From Candidatus Multivoradales bacterium (GTDB taxonomy: Bacteria > Acidobacteriota > Thermoanaerobaculia > Multivoradales > J023): 64,000 bases of DNA. The translations under genes and the position numbers were made by a program. Shown here in pieces: positions 1 to 9,525 of the stretch. The notes beneath the pieces are model-generated. The model ran no database searches. It saw only the letters and a list, made by a program, of their open reading frames with translations, and was not told the origin of the DNA. Numbering within the stretch: the stretch's first letter is position 1; each line of letters opens with the position of its first letter. The DNA lies in the NCBI GenBank assembly GCA_965248925.1, contig CBDFLE010000006.1, positions 4,960,001 to 5,024,000 of the forward strand. Reading direction: 5' to 3'.

Positions 1-7
1 CGAGATT

Positions 8-874
8 GTGCCGCCGCCGCGCCTGCCGCTGCTGCGCCAGGGAGGCGAGCCGCAACGCACCTTGAGCCGTAGCACGGTGATCTATGGCCTCGGGTTGCAC
101 TCCGGCACCCGCACCGGCATGGTGCTGCAGCCGCTGCCCGTCGACAGCGGCATCCACTTCCTCACTTTGCCGGCAGAGAAGATTCTGGCCGCCCATGTCG
201 ACCGCGTCGAAGACACGGACTACGCCACCACCCTCAGTCGCGAAGGGGAGAGCATTCGCACGGTCGAGCACTTGTTGTCGGCTCTTCATGCCTACGGTGT
301 TACCAACCTGTTGATCAAGGCGCATGGCGAGATCCCGGTGCTCGACGGCTCGTCATTCGAGTTCTGCAAGGTGCTCGAGGAAGTTGGCCTTGAAGAGCAA
401 GGCGTGCCGCGGCAAGAATTGGTGATCGATCGCTGTTACGAGATCTCGAGTGGCGGTGAGAAGAGCCTCAAGTTGGAACCCTACGATGGTTTTAGGGTGT
501 CATATCTGCTGCGCTACCCGCCCCCGGTCGGCGAGCAGTTCTTTGAACTCGACTTGAACTCGGCGGCGGTCTATCGGCAGCAGATCGCTAGTGCTCGCAC
601 CTTTGGTTTCATGAAGGACTTGGCGATGATGAACGAACTCGGTCTGGGCTCGGGGGGGCGGCTCGATAACTTCATTCTGGTGGGTGAGGACAACGTCATC
701 AACACCGAGTTGCGCTATCCCGATGAGTTCGTTCGCCACAAGATCCTCGACATCGTTGGCGATCTCTACTTGCTCGGCTATCCGATCCGTGGCCGGGTCA
801 CCGCCCGGCTGACCGGGCATCGCGACAACATTGCCATCTTGCGAGAGGTTCTCAGGCACAATCCGCCACGCTGA
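8..874 (+). CDS. lpxC: UDP-3-O-acyl-N-acetylglucosamine deacetylase (possibly 5'-truncated by the window edge)
   Basis: QRTL..GLGLHSG N-terminal motif, TVEHLLSAL and EFVRHKILDIVGDL zinc-ligand motifs, SARTFGF. The frame is open back to position 2, so the true start may lie outside the window. Confidence 0.93.
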   Translation: MPPPRLPLLRQGGEPQRTLSRSTVIYGLGLHSGTRTGMVLQPLPVDSGIHFLTLPAEKILAAHVDRVEDTDYATTLSREGESIRTVEHLLSALHAYGVTNLLIKAHGEIPVLDGSSFEFCKVLEEVGLEEQGVPRQELVIDRCYEISSGGEKSLKLEPYDGFRVSYLLRYPPPVGEQFFELDLNSAAVYRQQIASARTFGFMKDLAMMNELGLGSGGRLDNFILVGEDNVINTELRYPDEFVRHKILDIVGDLYLLGYPIRGRVTARLTGHRDNIAILREVLRHNPPR

Positions 875-912
875 GCCGCTAGTGGTAGCTGAGTCCAGAT
901 GGAAGGATAACG

Positions 913-2820
913 ATGACAGAGGAGCAAGAGCGGCGGCTGACCACTAGCTCGGCCCGTGATCAGGCGCTGGCCGCAGTGATGCAGCGGGTCTGGGGATATG
1001 CGGATTACCGGCCCTTGCAACATGCGGCGATGAGCGCCGTTCTGGAAGGGCGCGACACCGTTGTGGTGCTGCCCACCGGGGGCGGCAAATCGCTCTGCTT
1101 CCAAGCCCCGGCGCTGCTCGGCGAGGGGCTGGCATTGGTGGTTTCGCCACTGATCGCTCTGATGAAGGATCAGGTCGACGGATTGCGTCAGAACGGCGTC
1201 GAGGCGGCCTATTTTAATAGTTCGCTCGAGCCTGCGGAACGGGCTGAGGTACTTGCTGGCCTGCGGGCTGGGCGCTATCGTCTACTTTATGTGTCGCCCG
1301 AGCGCCTGGTGGGAGAGGGGGGCGAGCGCTTTCGCGCCTTGCTCGCCGGCTGTGATTTGCGCTACGTGGCGGTTGACGAAGCCCACTGCATCAGCCAGTG
1401 GGGGCATGATTTTCGCCCCGAGTATCGCCAACTTGGCTTGCTGCGCGATGTCTTTCCGGGCATTTCGCTCCACGCCTACACCGCTACCGCCACCGAGCGG
1501 GTACGCGGCGACATCGTCCACCAGCTGGCATTGCGTACCCCCGAGATGTTGGTGGGGTCTTTTGATCGCCCCAACCTGACTTTTCGCGCCTTGCGGCGCA
1601 GCGGCGCGCGGGCACAAATTCGCCGGGTGCTCAAGCGCCACCAGGGTGAGGCCGGGATCGTCTATTGCTTGTCGCGTAAGCAGGTCGACAAGACCGCCGC
1701 TGAACTGCGTGACGAGGGTTTTCGCGCGGTGCCTTACCATGCCGGCCTGGACCGAGATGTGCGCCGCCGACATCAGGACCTCTTCACCCGTGAAGAGGTC
1801 GACATTGTGGTGGCGACCGTCGCTTTTGGCATGGGCATCGACCGTTCCAACGTACGGTTTGTGCTGCATGTCGGTGCGCCGCGGTCCCTCGAGCACTACC
1901 AGCAAGAGGCCGGCCGCGCCGGTCGCGATGGCCTGGAGGCTGAATGCGTTCTGCTGTACTCCCCAGGGGACTTCGTCACCTGGCGACGGATGCTCGAAGC
2001 CAATTCCGAACTCGACGAGGCGGCGCGGCGCCAATTGAACGAGATGTCGCGCTATGCCGCCCAGACCCACTGCCGGCACAAGGCGTTGGTGGAGTATTTT
2101 GGTCAACCCTTCGAAACCGAGAGTTGCAACGCCTGTGATTGGTGCCTGGGCGAGCTCGAGCGAGTCGAGCAGCCGGTGGTGCTGGCGCAGAAGATCATCT
2201 CCTGCGTGCTGCGTTTGCGCGAGGGCTGGGGAGTCGGGCAGGTGATCGATGTGTTGCGCGGTCGCAGCACCGACAAAGTGACCTCGCGCGGTCATCATCA
2301 GCTGAGCACGTTTGGCTTGTTGGCGGAGCTGTCGGTGGACGAGCTGCGTGGCTACGTCGACCAGCTGACCGGTCTGGGCTTCTTGCGCGCCCATGGCGAT
2401 CGCTATCCACTGCTCGGCGTCACTCAGGAAGGTTGGCGGCTACTGCGCGGCGGGGTCAGTTGCGAGTTGTCGCGGCATCGGCGCCCCGAGCCCAAGAGCC
2501 GCCGCCAGAAGAAGGCGCGGGCGGCCCAGGGAGCTTCCTGGGCCGGGGTCGACCGTGACCTCTTCGAAGTGTTGCGCGAGCTGCGGCTGGGGATTGCTCG
2601 CGAGCGCGGGGTGCCGCCCTACGTGGTGTTCCATGACAGCACCCTGCGCCATCTGGCCAGCTTGCGACCGTCGAGCCGCGACGGGCTGCTGGCGGTGCCC
2701 GGCGTTGGTGAGAAAAAGGCTGACGACCTCGGGGGTCCCTTTGTCGAGGCGATCGCCGAACATTGCGCCGCTCACGACTTGGAGCTCGATGCCGAGCCGT
2801 TGCTAGAGGCCGCGGAATGA
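913..2820 (+). CDS. recQ: ATP-dependent DNA helicase RecQ
   Basis: LPTGGGKSLCFQ, VDEAHCISQWGHDFRPEY, ATVAFGMGID, QEAGRAGRDG, Zn-binding Cys cluster, RQC and HRDC (GVPPYVVFHD) domains. Confidence 0.97.
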   Translation: MTEEQERRLTTSSARDQALAAVMQRVWGYADYRPLQHAAMSAVLEGRDTVVVLPTGGGKSLCFQAPALLGEGLALVVSPLIALMKDQVDGLRQNGVEAAYFNSSLEPAERAEVLAGLRAGRYRLLYVSPERLVGEGGERFRALLAGCDLRYVAVDEAHCISQWGHDFRPEYRQLGLLRDVFPGISLHAYTATATERVRGDIVHQLALRTPEMLVGSFDRPNLTFRALRRSGARAQIRRVLKRHQGEAGIVYCLSRKQVDKTAAELRDEGFRAVPYHAGLDRDVRRRHQDLFTREEVDIVVATVAFGMGIDRSNVRFVLHVGAPRSLEHYQQEAGRAGRDGLEAECVLLYSPGDFVTWRRMLEANSELDEAARRQLNEMSRYAAQTHCRHKALVEYFGQPFETESCNACDWCLGELERVEQPVVLAQKIISCVLRLREGWGVGQVIDVLRGRSTDKVTSRGHHQLSTFGLLAELSVDELRGYVDQLTGLGFLRAHGDRYPLLGVTQEGWRLLRGGVSCELSRHRRPEPKSRRQKKARAAQGASWAGVDRDLFEVLRELRLGIARERGVPPYVVFHDSTLRHLASLRPSSRDGLLAVPGVGEKKADDLGGPFVEAIAEHCAAHDLELDAEPLLEAAE

Positions 2821-3038
2821 ACGCTTCCGAGCCCGATATCGGGCCTATGGTGGCGGTGGTGTTTGTCCGCTTGGAAGGCGACGATTTTGGCCTTCAGCTG
2901 GCCTGCTTCGTCACCGACGATGGTGCCTCTTTCATGCTCGATGCGGGTGGGTTGGAGTTGCGCATCAGTGCTTTGCAGATCGCAGGTTGGGGGGTGGGCG
3001 AAGAACGGCGTGCCTTGCGCTTGTTGGCGGCGGACTAG
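2817..3038 (+). CDS. Hypothetical small protein
   Basis: ATG overlaps the recQ stop (ATGA); no recognisable motif. Confidence 0.25.
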   Translation: MNASEPDIGPMVAVVFVRLEGDDFGLQLACFVTDDGASFMLDAGGLELRISALQIAGWGVGEERRALRLLAAD

Positions 3039-3041
3039 GCC

Positions 3042-3103
3042 GCGCCCCTACGCCTAGGCCGAAAACTTCCGCGACGGATGTAGGGGCGCACGGCGTGCAC
3101 CCT
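3042..3103. repeat. GTAG-type REP-like palindromic element between convergent genes
   Basis: gcgcccctac (3042-3051) is the perfect reverse complement of gtaggggcgc (3080-3089). The latter continues as the imperfect hairpin GTAG-GGGCGCAC-GGC-GTGCACCC. Confidence 0.6.
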
Positions 3104-3110
3104 CTTCGAT

Positions 3111-3992
3111 CTACCCGGCGCCGATCGGTCTCCGGAGCGGCTTCCAACTCACCAGGGCCGCGCCGGTGATGGTGATGGCGCCACCTGCGGCGGTCAATAG
3201 TCCCGGCGTTTCACCGAGAATTCCCCAGGCCATGATCGCGGTCAGGGGTGGCACCAGATAGAGAAACACTGCCTGCCGCGACGCTGGTAAGCGTTTGGCT
3301 GCTTGCGACCAACTCCACACACCGATAACTCCAGGGACAATGCTGAGGTAGATCACGGCGGTAGTCGCCGCCCGACTGGCTACCGCCAAGTCCTGGGCCA
3401 AAGAACCGGCGAAAGGCAGAGCCACGGCCGTCGCCAGCAGGAAGGTCCAGGCGGTGGTGCGGCCCGCGCCCACCCGACCGATTAGACTGCGCAACAGGAC
3501 GAAGTAAAACGCCTGGCAGATCGCTGTCATCAGGATGGCGAGAGCGCCAGCGAACTCGAAAGTGAAAGCCCCGGAACTAGATCCCACCAGGATGGCGCCG
3601 ACAAAGCCAAACCCGACCCCGCTCCAAGCCAGCCGTCCCAGGCGCTCGCGCAGCAATAGGCCGGCGAGAATGGCGGTCCATATGGGTACCGTATTGAGCA
3701 GTAGGCTGGCGCCGAGAGCGCTGACTGTCTTTTGGCCACGGGCGAGCAAGAGGTTGTACAGGACAGCTCCCGAAATCGCCATCAGCAGCAAGCGGCCGAA
3801 GTCGCGACCCGAGAGGCGGCAGAAACCGCGGATGCCTTGCCGTGGCAGGACCACCATCGACACCAAGATGGCACTGACCAAACATCTCAAGAGCACCAGG
3901 CTACCCGGCGCGAAGTCGGTGATGGCGATGCGCATGGCGACGAAAGCGGAAGCCCACGACAATAGGGTCAGAGTGATGTAGAAAGCTGTCAC
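3111..3992 (-). CDS. EamA/DMT family transporter
   Basis: About ten hydrophobic segments; LLNTVPIWTAILAGLLLRERL and FLYLVPP..WGILGE motifs. The GTG start at 3992 overlaps the upstream stop (GTGA). Confidence 0.9.
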   Translation of the reverse strand: MTAFYITLTLLSWASAFVAMRIAITDFAPGSLVLLRCLVSAILVSMVVLPRQGIRGFCRLSGRDFGRLLLMAISGAVLYNLLLARGQKTVSALGASLLLNTVPIWTAILAGLLLRERLGRLAWSGVGFGFVGAILVGSSSGAFTFEFAGALAILMTAICQAFYFVLLRSLIGRVGAGRTTAWTFLLATAVALPFAGSLAQDLAVASRAATTAVIYLSIVPGVIGVWSWSQAAKRLPASRQAVFLYLVPPLTAIMAWGILGETPGLLTAAGGAITITGAALVSWKPLRRPIGAG

Positions 3993-4474
3993 GGCAGGCC
4001 CTCTTGAGGTGTCGACGAGCGTGGTTGTAAGCTCAGCCGCAGGCGTGCTTTCTCGGTCAGGGTGGCACCTTGTCGCTGGTAGAAGCGCAGTGCCTGTTGG
4101 TTCCAAAGCGGGCTTTGCCATTCCAGATGAGCGAGACCGGCGGCGGCGCAGTCCGCGACTAGCCGCTGTAACATCCGGGCACCGATTCCTCGGCCTCTCC
4201 AGGCTGGCCGTAGGTATAGGCAATCCATGTGCAGGTACTCGCAGGCTTCCCAGGTGGAGAATTCGCGGCTCCAGGTGGTGTAGCCGGCCAGGCCGTTCGG
4301 AGTGGCGGCCAGCAGACAAGTTGCCCTGGGCGGGTCAGCGAAAAAGTAGCTGGCCAGGGCGTCGCGCTTGCCGTTGGGGGAGTAGGTGGCGCGTTCGTAG
4401 GCGGCGTGCTCGGCGCACAGCTCGACCAGTGGATCGAGTTCGGCTCGGGTCAGAGGGCGCAAGGTGATCGACAT
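3989..4474 (-). CDS. GNAT family N-acetyltransferase (diamine acetyltransferase-like)
   Basis: LYLRPAWRGRGIG acetyl-CoA motif; FSTW and WNQQALRFY motifs. Confidence 0.9.
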   Translation of the reverse strand: MSITLRPLTRAELDPLVELCAEHAAYERATYSPNGKRDALASYFFADPPRATCLLAATPNGLAGYTTWSREFSTWEACEYLHMDCLYLRPAWRGRGIGARMLQRLVADCAAAGLAHLEWQSPLWNQQALRFYQRQGATLTEKARLRLSLQPRSSTPQEGLP

Positions 4475-4480
4475 GGAAAC

Positions 4481-4882
4481 TCAAGCCTCGACCAGTGAGA
4501 AACCTTCATCTTTCCATCCTTCGATGCCGCCGATCATCAATTTCACTGGACGGTCGAGCCTGGCCAGCCGCACCGCCGCCTTGGCGGCGCCGTTGCAATG
4601 AGGGCCAGCGCAGTAGACGACGAAAACGTTATCTGGCGGGTAAGCGGTGAGTCGGTTGGCGGCAATTTCCCAGTTGGAAAGGTGGGTCGCGCCGGCGATG
4701 TGGCCACGGTCGAAGAGCGCCTTCGAACGCACGTCGAGGAGAACGAAATCAGGCTCGTCGCGCTGTAGGCCGGAGTGGACATCCCAGCAGTCGGTCTCGA
4801 AGACCAGCTGAGCTTCGAAGTGGGCCAGGGCATCGCGGCTGGTGGCGGGGGGGATACGCAGGACTTCGCTGTGTCTTTTCAT
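4481..4882 (-). CDS. Single-domain rhodanese-like protein
   Basis: LLDVRS..F.RGHIAGA, active-site VVYCAGPHCNGA, MIGGIEGW. Confidence 0.92.
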   Translation of the reverse strand: MKRHSEVLRIPPATSRDALAHFEAQLVFETDCWDVHSGLQRDEPDFVLLDVRSKALFDRGHIAGATHLSNWEIAANRLTAYPPDNVFVVYCAGPHCNGAAKAAVRLARLDRPVKLMIGGIEGWKDEGFSLVEA

Positions 4883-4918
4883 TCACCGAGCCTACGATCG
4901 GTGATGGGAGTCTTCGAG

Positions 4919-4932
4919 TGGCAGAAATGCCA
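4919..4932. promoter_or_regulatory. Palindrome TGGCA-GAAA-TGCCA upstream of the rhodanese operon; possible regulator site
   Basis: Perfect 5-bp inverted repeat in the divergent intergenic region. Function is inferred. Confidence 0.3.
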
Positions 4933-5044
4933 ATGATCGACACGATCCCGCCACAATTCGCAGCAATTGGTGACCTCTAGTAGCGCGGTGCTACGATCAC
5001 CCACGGCAACAGATCCCAACTTTTCTAGACCGGAGGTCGAATCC

Positions 5045-6403
5045 ATGCTCAGTGCTGAGTGCAGCCGTCGCCTCGCCTTGTGCTTGATCCTTTCGTGGCC
5101 ACCAGCCGTCTCGGCGGCCGACAGTGATGTGGTCGGCAGTGACGCGGTTGACGCCGCGGTGGCGCGGTATGAAGCGCAGATTGTCGGATTTCGCCATCAG
5201 ATTCACCAGCATCCGGAACTCGGCAACCGCGAGCACAAGACCGCGGCGTTGGTTGTCGAGCATCTGCGCAGCCTCGGGTTCGAGGACATCCGCACCGGTG
5301 TCGGCTACACCGGGGTGGTCGCGGTGTTGCGCGGCGGTCAGCCTGGGCCAGTGGTGGCGGTGCGGGCCGATATGGATGCCTTGCCGGTGACCGAGGACAC
5401 CGACTACTCCTTTCGCTCAATAGTTCGCACCGAGTATTTGGGCCAGGAAGTTGGGGTGATGCATGCGTGTGGCCACGACATCCACACCGCGGTGCAGCTC
5501 GGCGTCGCCTCGGTGCTGGCCGAGTTGCGCGACCAGCTGCCCGGAACGGTGAAGCTGATCTTCCAGCCCGCCGAGGAAGGACCGCCTCCGGGCGAGGAAG
5601 GTGGCGCTGAACTGATGCTCGCCGAGGGCGCCTTCGAAGACCCCCGTCCAGAAGTGGTGTTCGGTCTGCACACCTTCGCCGACATGGAAGTCGGTAAGTT
5701 GGGCTACACGGTAGGGCCGGCCTTTGCCGCGGTCGATCATTTCGTCGCCAAGATCGTTGGTCGCCAGGCGCATGGAGCGCAGCCCCAAGCGTCGATCGAT
5801 CCGGTGGTGATGGCGGCGCAGGTGATCACCGGCCTGCAGACCATCCGCTCGCGCAACCTGCACCCGTTGGAACCCAGCGTGGTGACGGTGGGAATTGTCC
5901 GCGGCGGTACGCGCTACAACATCATCCCTGATCAGGTCCACCTAGAAGGAACGGTGCGGACCTACAGCACCGCGGCGCGCAATCAGATCGAGAGGCGCAT
6001 GGGCGAGATCCTCGATGGCATCACCCATGCCGGCGGTGGCAGTTTCGAGCTCGACTACCAACGCGGCACACCGGCGACGATCAATGCCCCCGAGCTGGCC
6101 GCCCAGATGGCCCCCAGCCTGGCGGCGGTGGTCGGTGCTGACAACGTCGAGCTGCTGCAGCCAACCATGGGGGGCGAGGACTTTGCCTTTTTCGCCAACC
6201 AGGTGCCGGGTTTCTACTTCCGTCTCGGCATGGTGGCGCCGGGCGGCGAGTCGGGGGGACACCACACTCCGACCTTCGCTGCCGACGACAGCTCGGTCGC
6301 GGTGGGCATGCGGGCGATGAGTCGGTTGGTGCTCGACTATATGCAGGCGGCTGGCGGAAAAAATGCCGACCACCAGGCATCCTTGCCGTCGTTCGGTCGC
6401 TGA
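5045..6403 (+). CDS. M20D family amidohydrolase with signal peptide
   Basis: HQHPELGNRE, RADMDALP, MHACGHD, FQPAEEG, MGGEDF; GGAGG RBS before ATG 5045. Confidence 0.93.
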   Translation: MLSAECSRRLALCLILSWPPAVSAADSDVVGSDAVDAAVARYEAQIVGFRHQIHQHPELGNREHKTAALVVEHLRSLGFEDIRTGVGYTGVVAVLRGGQPGPVVAVRADMDALPVTEDTDYSFRSIVRTEYLGQEVGVMHACGHDIHTAVQLGVASVLAELRDQLPGTVKLIFQPAEEGPPPGEEGGAELMLAEGAFEDPRPEVVFGLHTFADMEVGKLGYTVGPAFAAVDHFVAKIVGRQAHGAQPQASIDPVVMAAQVITGLQTIRSRNLHPLEPSVVTVGIVRGGTRYNIIPDQVHLEGTVRTYSTAARNQIERRMGEILDGITHAGGGSFELDYQRGTPATINAPELAAQMAPSLAAVVGADNVELLQPTMGGEDFAFFANQVPGFYFRLGMVAPGGESGGHHTPTFAADDSSVAVGMRAMSRLVLDYMQAAGGKNADHQASLPSFGR

Positions 6404-6415
6404 TAGCATTCGCCA

Positions 6416-8749
6416 ATGCGGAGGAAGAGAACTTGGAGCCTGGTTGTTGGCGGATCCGTGGGCGGATTGTTGCTAGCGGTAGCAAGTTTGGCGCAGCTGC
6501 CTGACGCGGCTACCGCGGCGATGGTGGCGCGGCTGGCGAAGTTGGCTGATTCGGCCGATCCGAACCTCAACACTTTTCTCAATGGTGCTCGGGTCGAGCA
6601 ACTGCGCACTCTATCCGAGCCCGATCTACCCGTCGATCAAGTGCGTTATTTTTACGCCTTGGGCAATGAGCTGCTACTCGATGGTCAGGGTCTGCCGGCG
6701 ATCGAGGCTTTGCAAAAGGTCATGCAGTTGCTCGGTGGACAGCCACTGGGCTTCGACGCGGCTTTTGTCGAGCAGGCGCAGAGCCGTCTGGCCTTGGCTT
6801 TCCTACGACTTGGCGAGTTGGAGAACTGCGTTGCCGCGCACACGGTCGACCGTTGTCTACTGCCGATCAGCGGCAGTGGCGTGCACACCATCGAGCGCGG
6901 CTCACGGGCGGCTATTCGGGCCTATTTCCCGCTGCTGCAAGCCCATCCCGAGCGGCTGGACTATCGCTGGTTGGTGAACCTGGCTTTTATGACCCTGGGC
7001 AAGCATCCCCAGGCGGTGCCACCGGAGCTGCTGATTCCCGCTACGGCCTTTGCCTCCAACTACGATCTGGGGCGCTTTGTCGATGTCGCTGCTGGCCTCG
7101 GCCTCGACACTTTTGGCCTTTCTGGTGGCAGTGTGGTAGAGGACTTCGATGGTGACGGCCTGCTCGACTTGATGATCTCCGGCTGGGGCCTCGACGAGCA
7201 GATTCGGTTTTTTCGCAACCTCGGCGACGGTCGCTTCGCCGACCGGACCGCTGTCGCCGGCCTGACCGGATTGACCGGTGGTCTCAATCTGGTGCAGGCT
7301 GATTACGATAACGATGGCTGGGTCGATGTTTTGGTTTTACGTGGCGCCTGGTTGCGCGCTGGTGGCGATCACCCCAACTCCTTACTGCGCAATCTCGGCG
7401 GCCGATTTGTCGATGTCACCGCCGCGGCGGGGTTGCTGACTCTGCACCCCACCCAAACCGCGGCGTGGGGAGACTACGACAACGACGGCTGGATCGACTT
7501 GTTCATCGGCAATGAGCATTTGGCCGACGATCCCCATGCCTCTGAGTTGTTTCGCAACAATGGCGACGGCACCTTCAGCGATCAGGCGAAAGTGGCGGCG
7601 GTGGAGGTCGGTGCTTACGTCAAGGGCAGTGTTTGGGCGGATTACGACAACGATGGCCGGATCGATCTTTTTGTTTCTAATATGTCGTCGCCGAACCGGA
7701 TTTACCGCAATCTGGGGCCTGATGTGGCGGGGCGCTGGCGTTTTGCCGACCACACTGCGCAGGCTGGGGTCGCGGAGCCCCTGGCCAGTTTTCCGGTGTG
7801 GTTCTGGGACTACGACAACGATGGTTGGGAAGACCTCCTGGTAAGCGGCTACCAGGGTTCCCTGGACGATATCGCCGCCGAGTACTTAGGCCGTAGCTTC
7901 GCCGGCGAGAGGCCGCGGTTGTACCACAACAACGGCGACGGCACCTTCACCGACCGGGCTCGCCGATCCGGACTCGACACCCTGGCCAAACCGATGGGTA
8001 GCAACTTCGGTGATCTCGACAACGACGGCTGGCTCGATTTCTACTACGGCACCGGCGATACCGAACTCAGCTCGCTGATGCCCAACCGGATGTTTCGCAA
8101 CGCAGGCGGCGAGAAATTTCAAGATGTCACTACCTCGGGCGGCTTCGGCCATTTGCAAAAAGGGCACGGAATATCGTTTGGCGATCTCGACAACGATGGC
8201 GACCAAGACGTATACGCGGTGATGGGTGGCGCTCATTCCGGCGATGGTTTTCACAATGCTCTATTCGCGAATCCGGGCCACGGTGGGCGGTGGATCACTC
8301 TGCGGCTGGTTGGAAAAGCTGCCAATCGAAGCGCCATCGGGGCGCGTCTGAAGGTGATTGTCGAAGAGGCTTATGAAAAGGCCGACCAGGAGGTTGCCGA
8401 AGCGGGTGGCACCTCGCTTGGCACCTCGCTTGGCACCTCGCTTGGCACCTCGCTTGGCACTTTGCTTCGGCAACGCGAGATCCACCGCACGGTGGGCTCG
8501 GGAGGTAGCTTCGGTGCTTCACCGCTGCGCCAGGAGATCGGCCTGGGACGGGCCCGGCGGATCGTCCGGGTCGAAGTTCGATGGCCGGGATCGGCGCAGC
8601 CGCAACTGCTGGAAGATCTGCAACTCAATAGTTTCTATGAAGTTCAGCAAGCTCGGCCACCCCGCTTGCTGCACTTGCCGAGTTTTTCCTTGGTCAAGAC
8701 GGCGAAGTCCGGTGCGGAGGCTGCGCACCAGCCCCCATCCGGTCGTTGA
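6416..8749 (+). CDS. Secreted CRTAC1-family protein (FG-GAP/VCBS repeats plus ASPIC/UnbV domain)
   Basis: Repeated DxDNDGxxD motifs, NRSAIGAR..V, IGLG..VEVRWPGS C-terminal domain, N-terminal signal and helical region. Confidence 0.9.
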   Translation: MRRKRTWSLVVGGSVGGLLLAVASLAQLPDAATAAMVARLAKLADSADPNLNTFLNGARVEQLRTLSEPDLPVDQVRYFYALGNELLLDGQGLPAIEALQKVMQLLGGQPLGFDAAFVEQAQSRLALAFLRLGELENCVAAHTVDRCLLPISGSGVHTIERGSRAAIRAYFPLLQAHPERLDYRWLVNLAFMTLGKHPQAVPPELLIPATAFASNYDLGRFVDVAAGLGLDTFGLSGGSVVEDFDGDGLLDLMISGWGLDEQIRFFRNLGDGRFADRTAVAGLTGLTGGLNLVQADYDNDGWVDVLVLRGAWLRAGGDHPNSLLRNLGGRFVDVTAAAGLLTLHPTQTAAWGDYDNDGWIDLFIGNEHLADDPHASELFRNNGDGTFSDQAKVAAVEVGAYVKGSVWADYDNDGRIDLFVSNMSSPNRIYRNLGPDVAGRWRFADHTAQAGVAEPLASFPVWFWDYDNDGWEDLLVSGYQGSLDDIAAEYLGRSFAGERPRLYHNNGDGTFTDRARRSGLDTLAKPMGSNFGDLDNDGWLDFYYGTGDTELSSLMPNRMFRNAGGEKFQDVTTSGGFGHLQKGHGISFGDLDNDGDQDVYAVMGGAHSGDGFHNALFANPGHGGRWITLRLVGKAANRSAIGARLKVIVEEAYEKADQEVAEAGGTSLGTSLGTSLGTSLGTLLRQREIHRTVGSGGSFGASPLRQEIGLGRARRIVRVEVRWPGSAQPQLLEDLQLNSFYEVQQARPPRLLHLPSFSLVKTAKSGAEAAHQPPSGR
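8408..8460 (+). repeat. In-frame 12-bp tandem repeat (ggcacctcgctt, 4.4 copies) encoding GTSL
   Basis: Perfect repeats read directly from the sequence. Confidence 0.97.
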
Positions 8750-8875
8750 TCAGCGGATGACTCTTCCCTGAGGGGCCGTTGGCGGCAGCCAAAGACTGGG
8801 GAGCGGGTCAGGCCGAGAAGTTCGGTTCCTGGGATAAGCTCATTGCCAGCTCATCACTTAGGTTGAAATCACTTA

Positions 8876-9523
8876 TTGACAGAGAAATCACTACCGAGAG
8901 TGCTTCAGATGGATGGCGTTGAGGATTCCGGGTTCGACCAGAGTCTCGAGCCGGCGGAGAGAGTTCGCCGGGCGGTGCGGTGTTTTCAGGCCGGCCGCGA
9001 ACTCGAAGAGAGCTTTCGGGTGATCTTCGATGTCCACTACCCGGCAGTCGCCGCTTTCTTCGCCAGGCGAATCAAGTCACCCGAAGATCGTCTCGACCTA
9101 ACCCAAGAGACCTTTCTGCGAGTCTATAAAGGATTGAAGGGCTTTCGCGGCGACGCCCCTTTTGGCGCCTGGCTGTTCCGCATCGCGCGCAACGTGCTGC
9201 ATCGGTGTTTGGCCACCCGGGCACCGGCTGCGGAGCAGCTCAGTTGGCAGGAAGACGACACTAGGCCCGGCTCTTCGCAGTTGATCGTCACGGCAGACCC
9301 GGTGGTCGAGATCGTCGCGGCTGAGAACCGAGAGAAGTTGAAATTGGCGGTGCAGCAGTTGCCGCCCCAACGCCGGACTTGCATGGTGCTGAGGATTTAT
9401 CACGAACTCACCTACGTCCAGATTGCCAAGACCTTACGGCTGTCGGTCGGCACGGTGAAGGCGCATTTGGCGCAGGCGCGCAAGCAGCTCGAGGAGCTGA
9501 TGGTCGAAGGGGATCGAATCTAG
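8876..9523 (+). CDS. ECF RNA polymerase sigma-70 factor
   Basis: DLTQETFLRVY, FGAWLFRIARN (region 2); LPPQRR..IAKTLRLSVGTVKAHL (region 4). Start may be ATG 8909. Confidence 0.93.
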   Translation: MTEKSLPRVLQMDGVEDSGFDQSLEPAERVRRAVRCFQAGRELEESFRVIFDVHYPAVAAFFARRIKSPEDRLDLTQETFLRVYKGLKGFRGDAPFGAWLFRIARNVLHRCLATRAPAAEQLSWQEDDTRPGSSQLIVTADPVVEIVAAENREKLKLAVQQLPPQRRTCMVLRIYHELTYVQIAKTLRLSVGTVKAHLAQARKQLEELMVEGDRI

Positions 9524-9525
9524 CT

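Noticed and set aside
3993-4319. N-terminal extensions in the ORF track for EamA (also IOR from 18442, paaE to 34604, thiolase to 30306, paaZ to 38955)
   Set aside because: They overlap neighbouring genes or operators; shorter starts fit RBS or coupling and family N-termini.
8408-8460. Tandem repeat as a CRISPR array or phase-variation switch
   Set aside because: No spacers, and the 12-bp unit keeps the reading frame.
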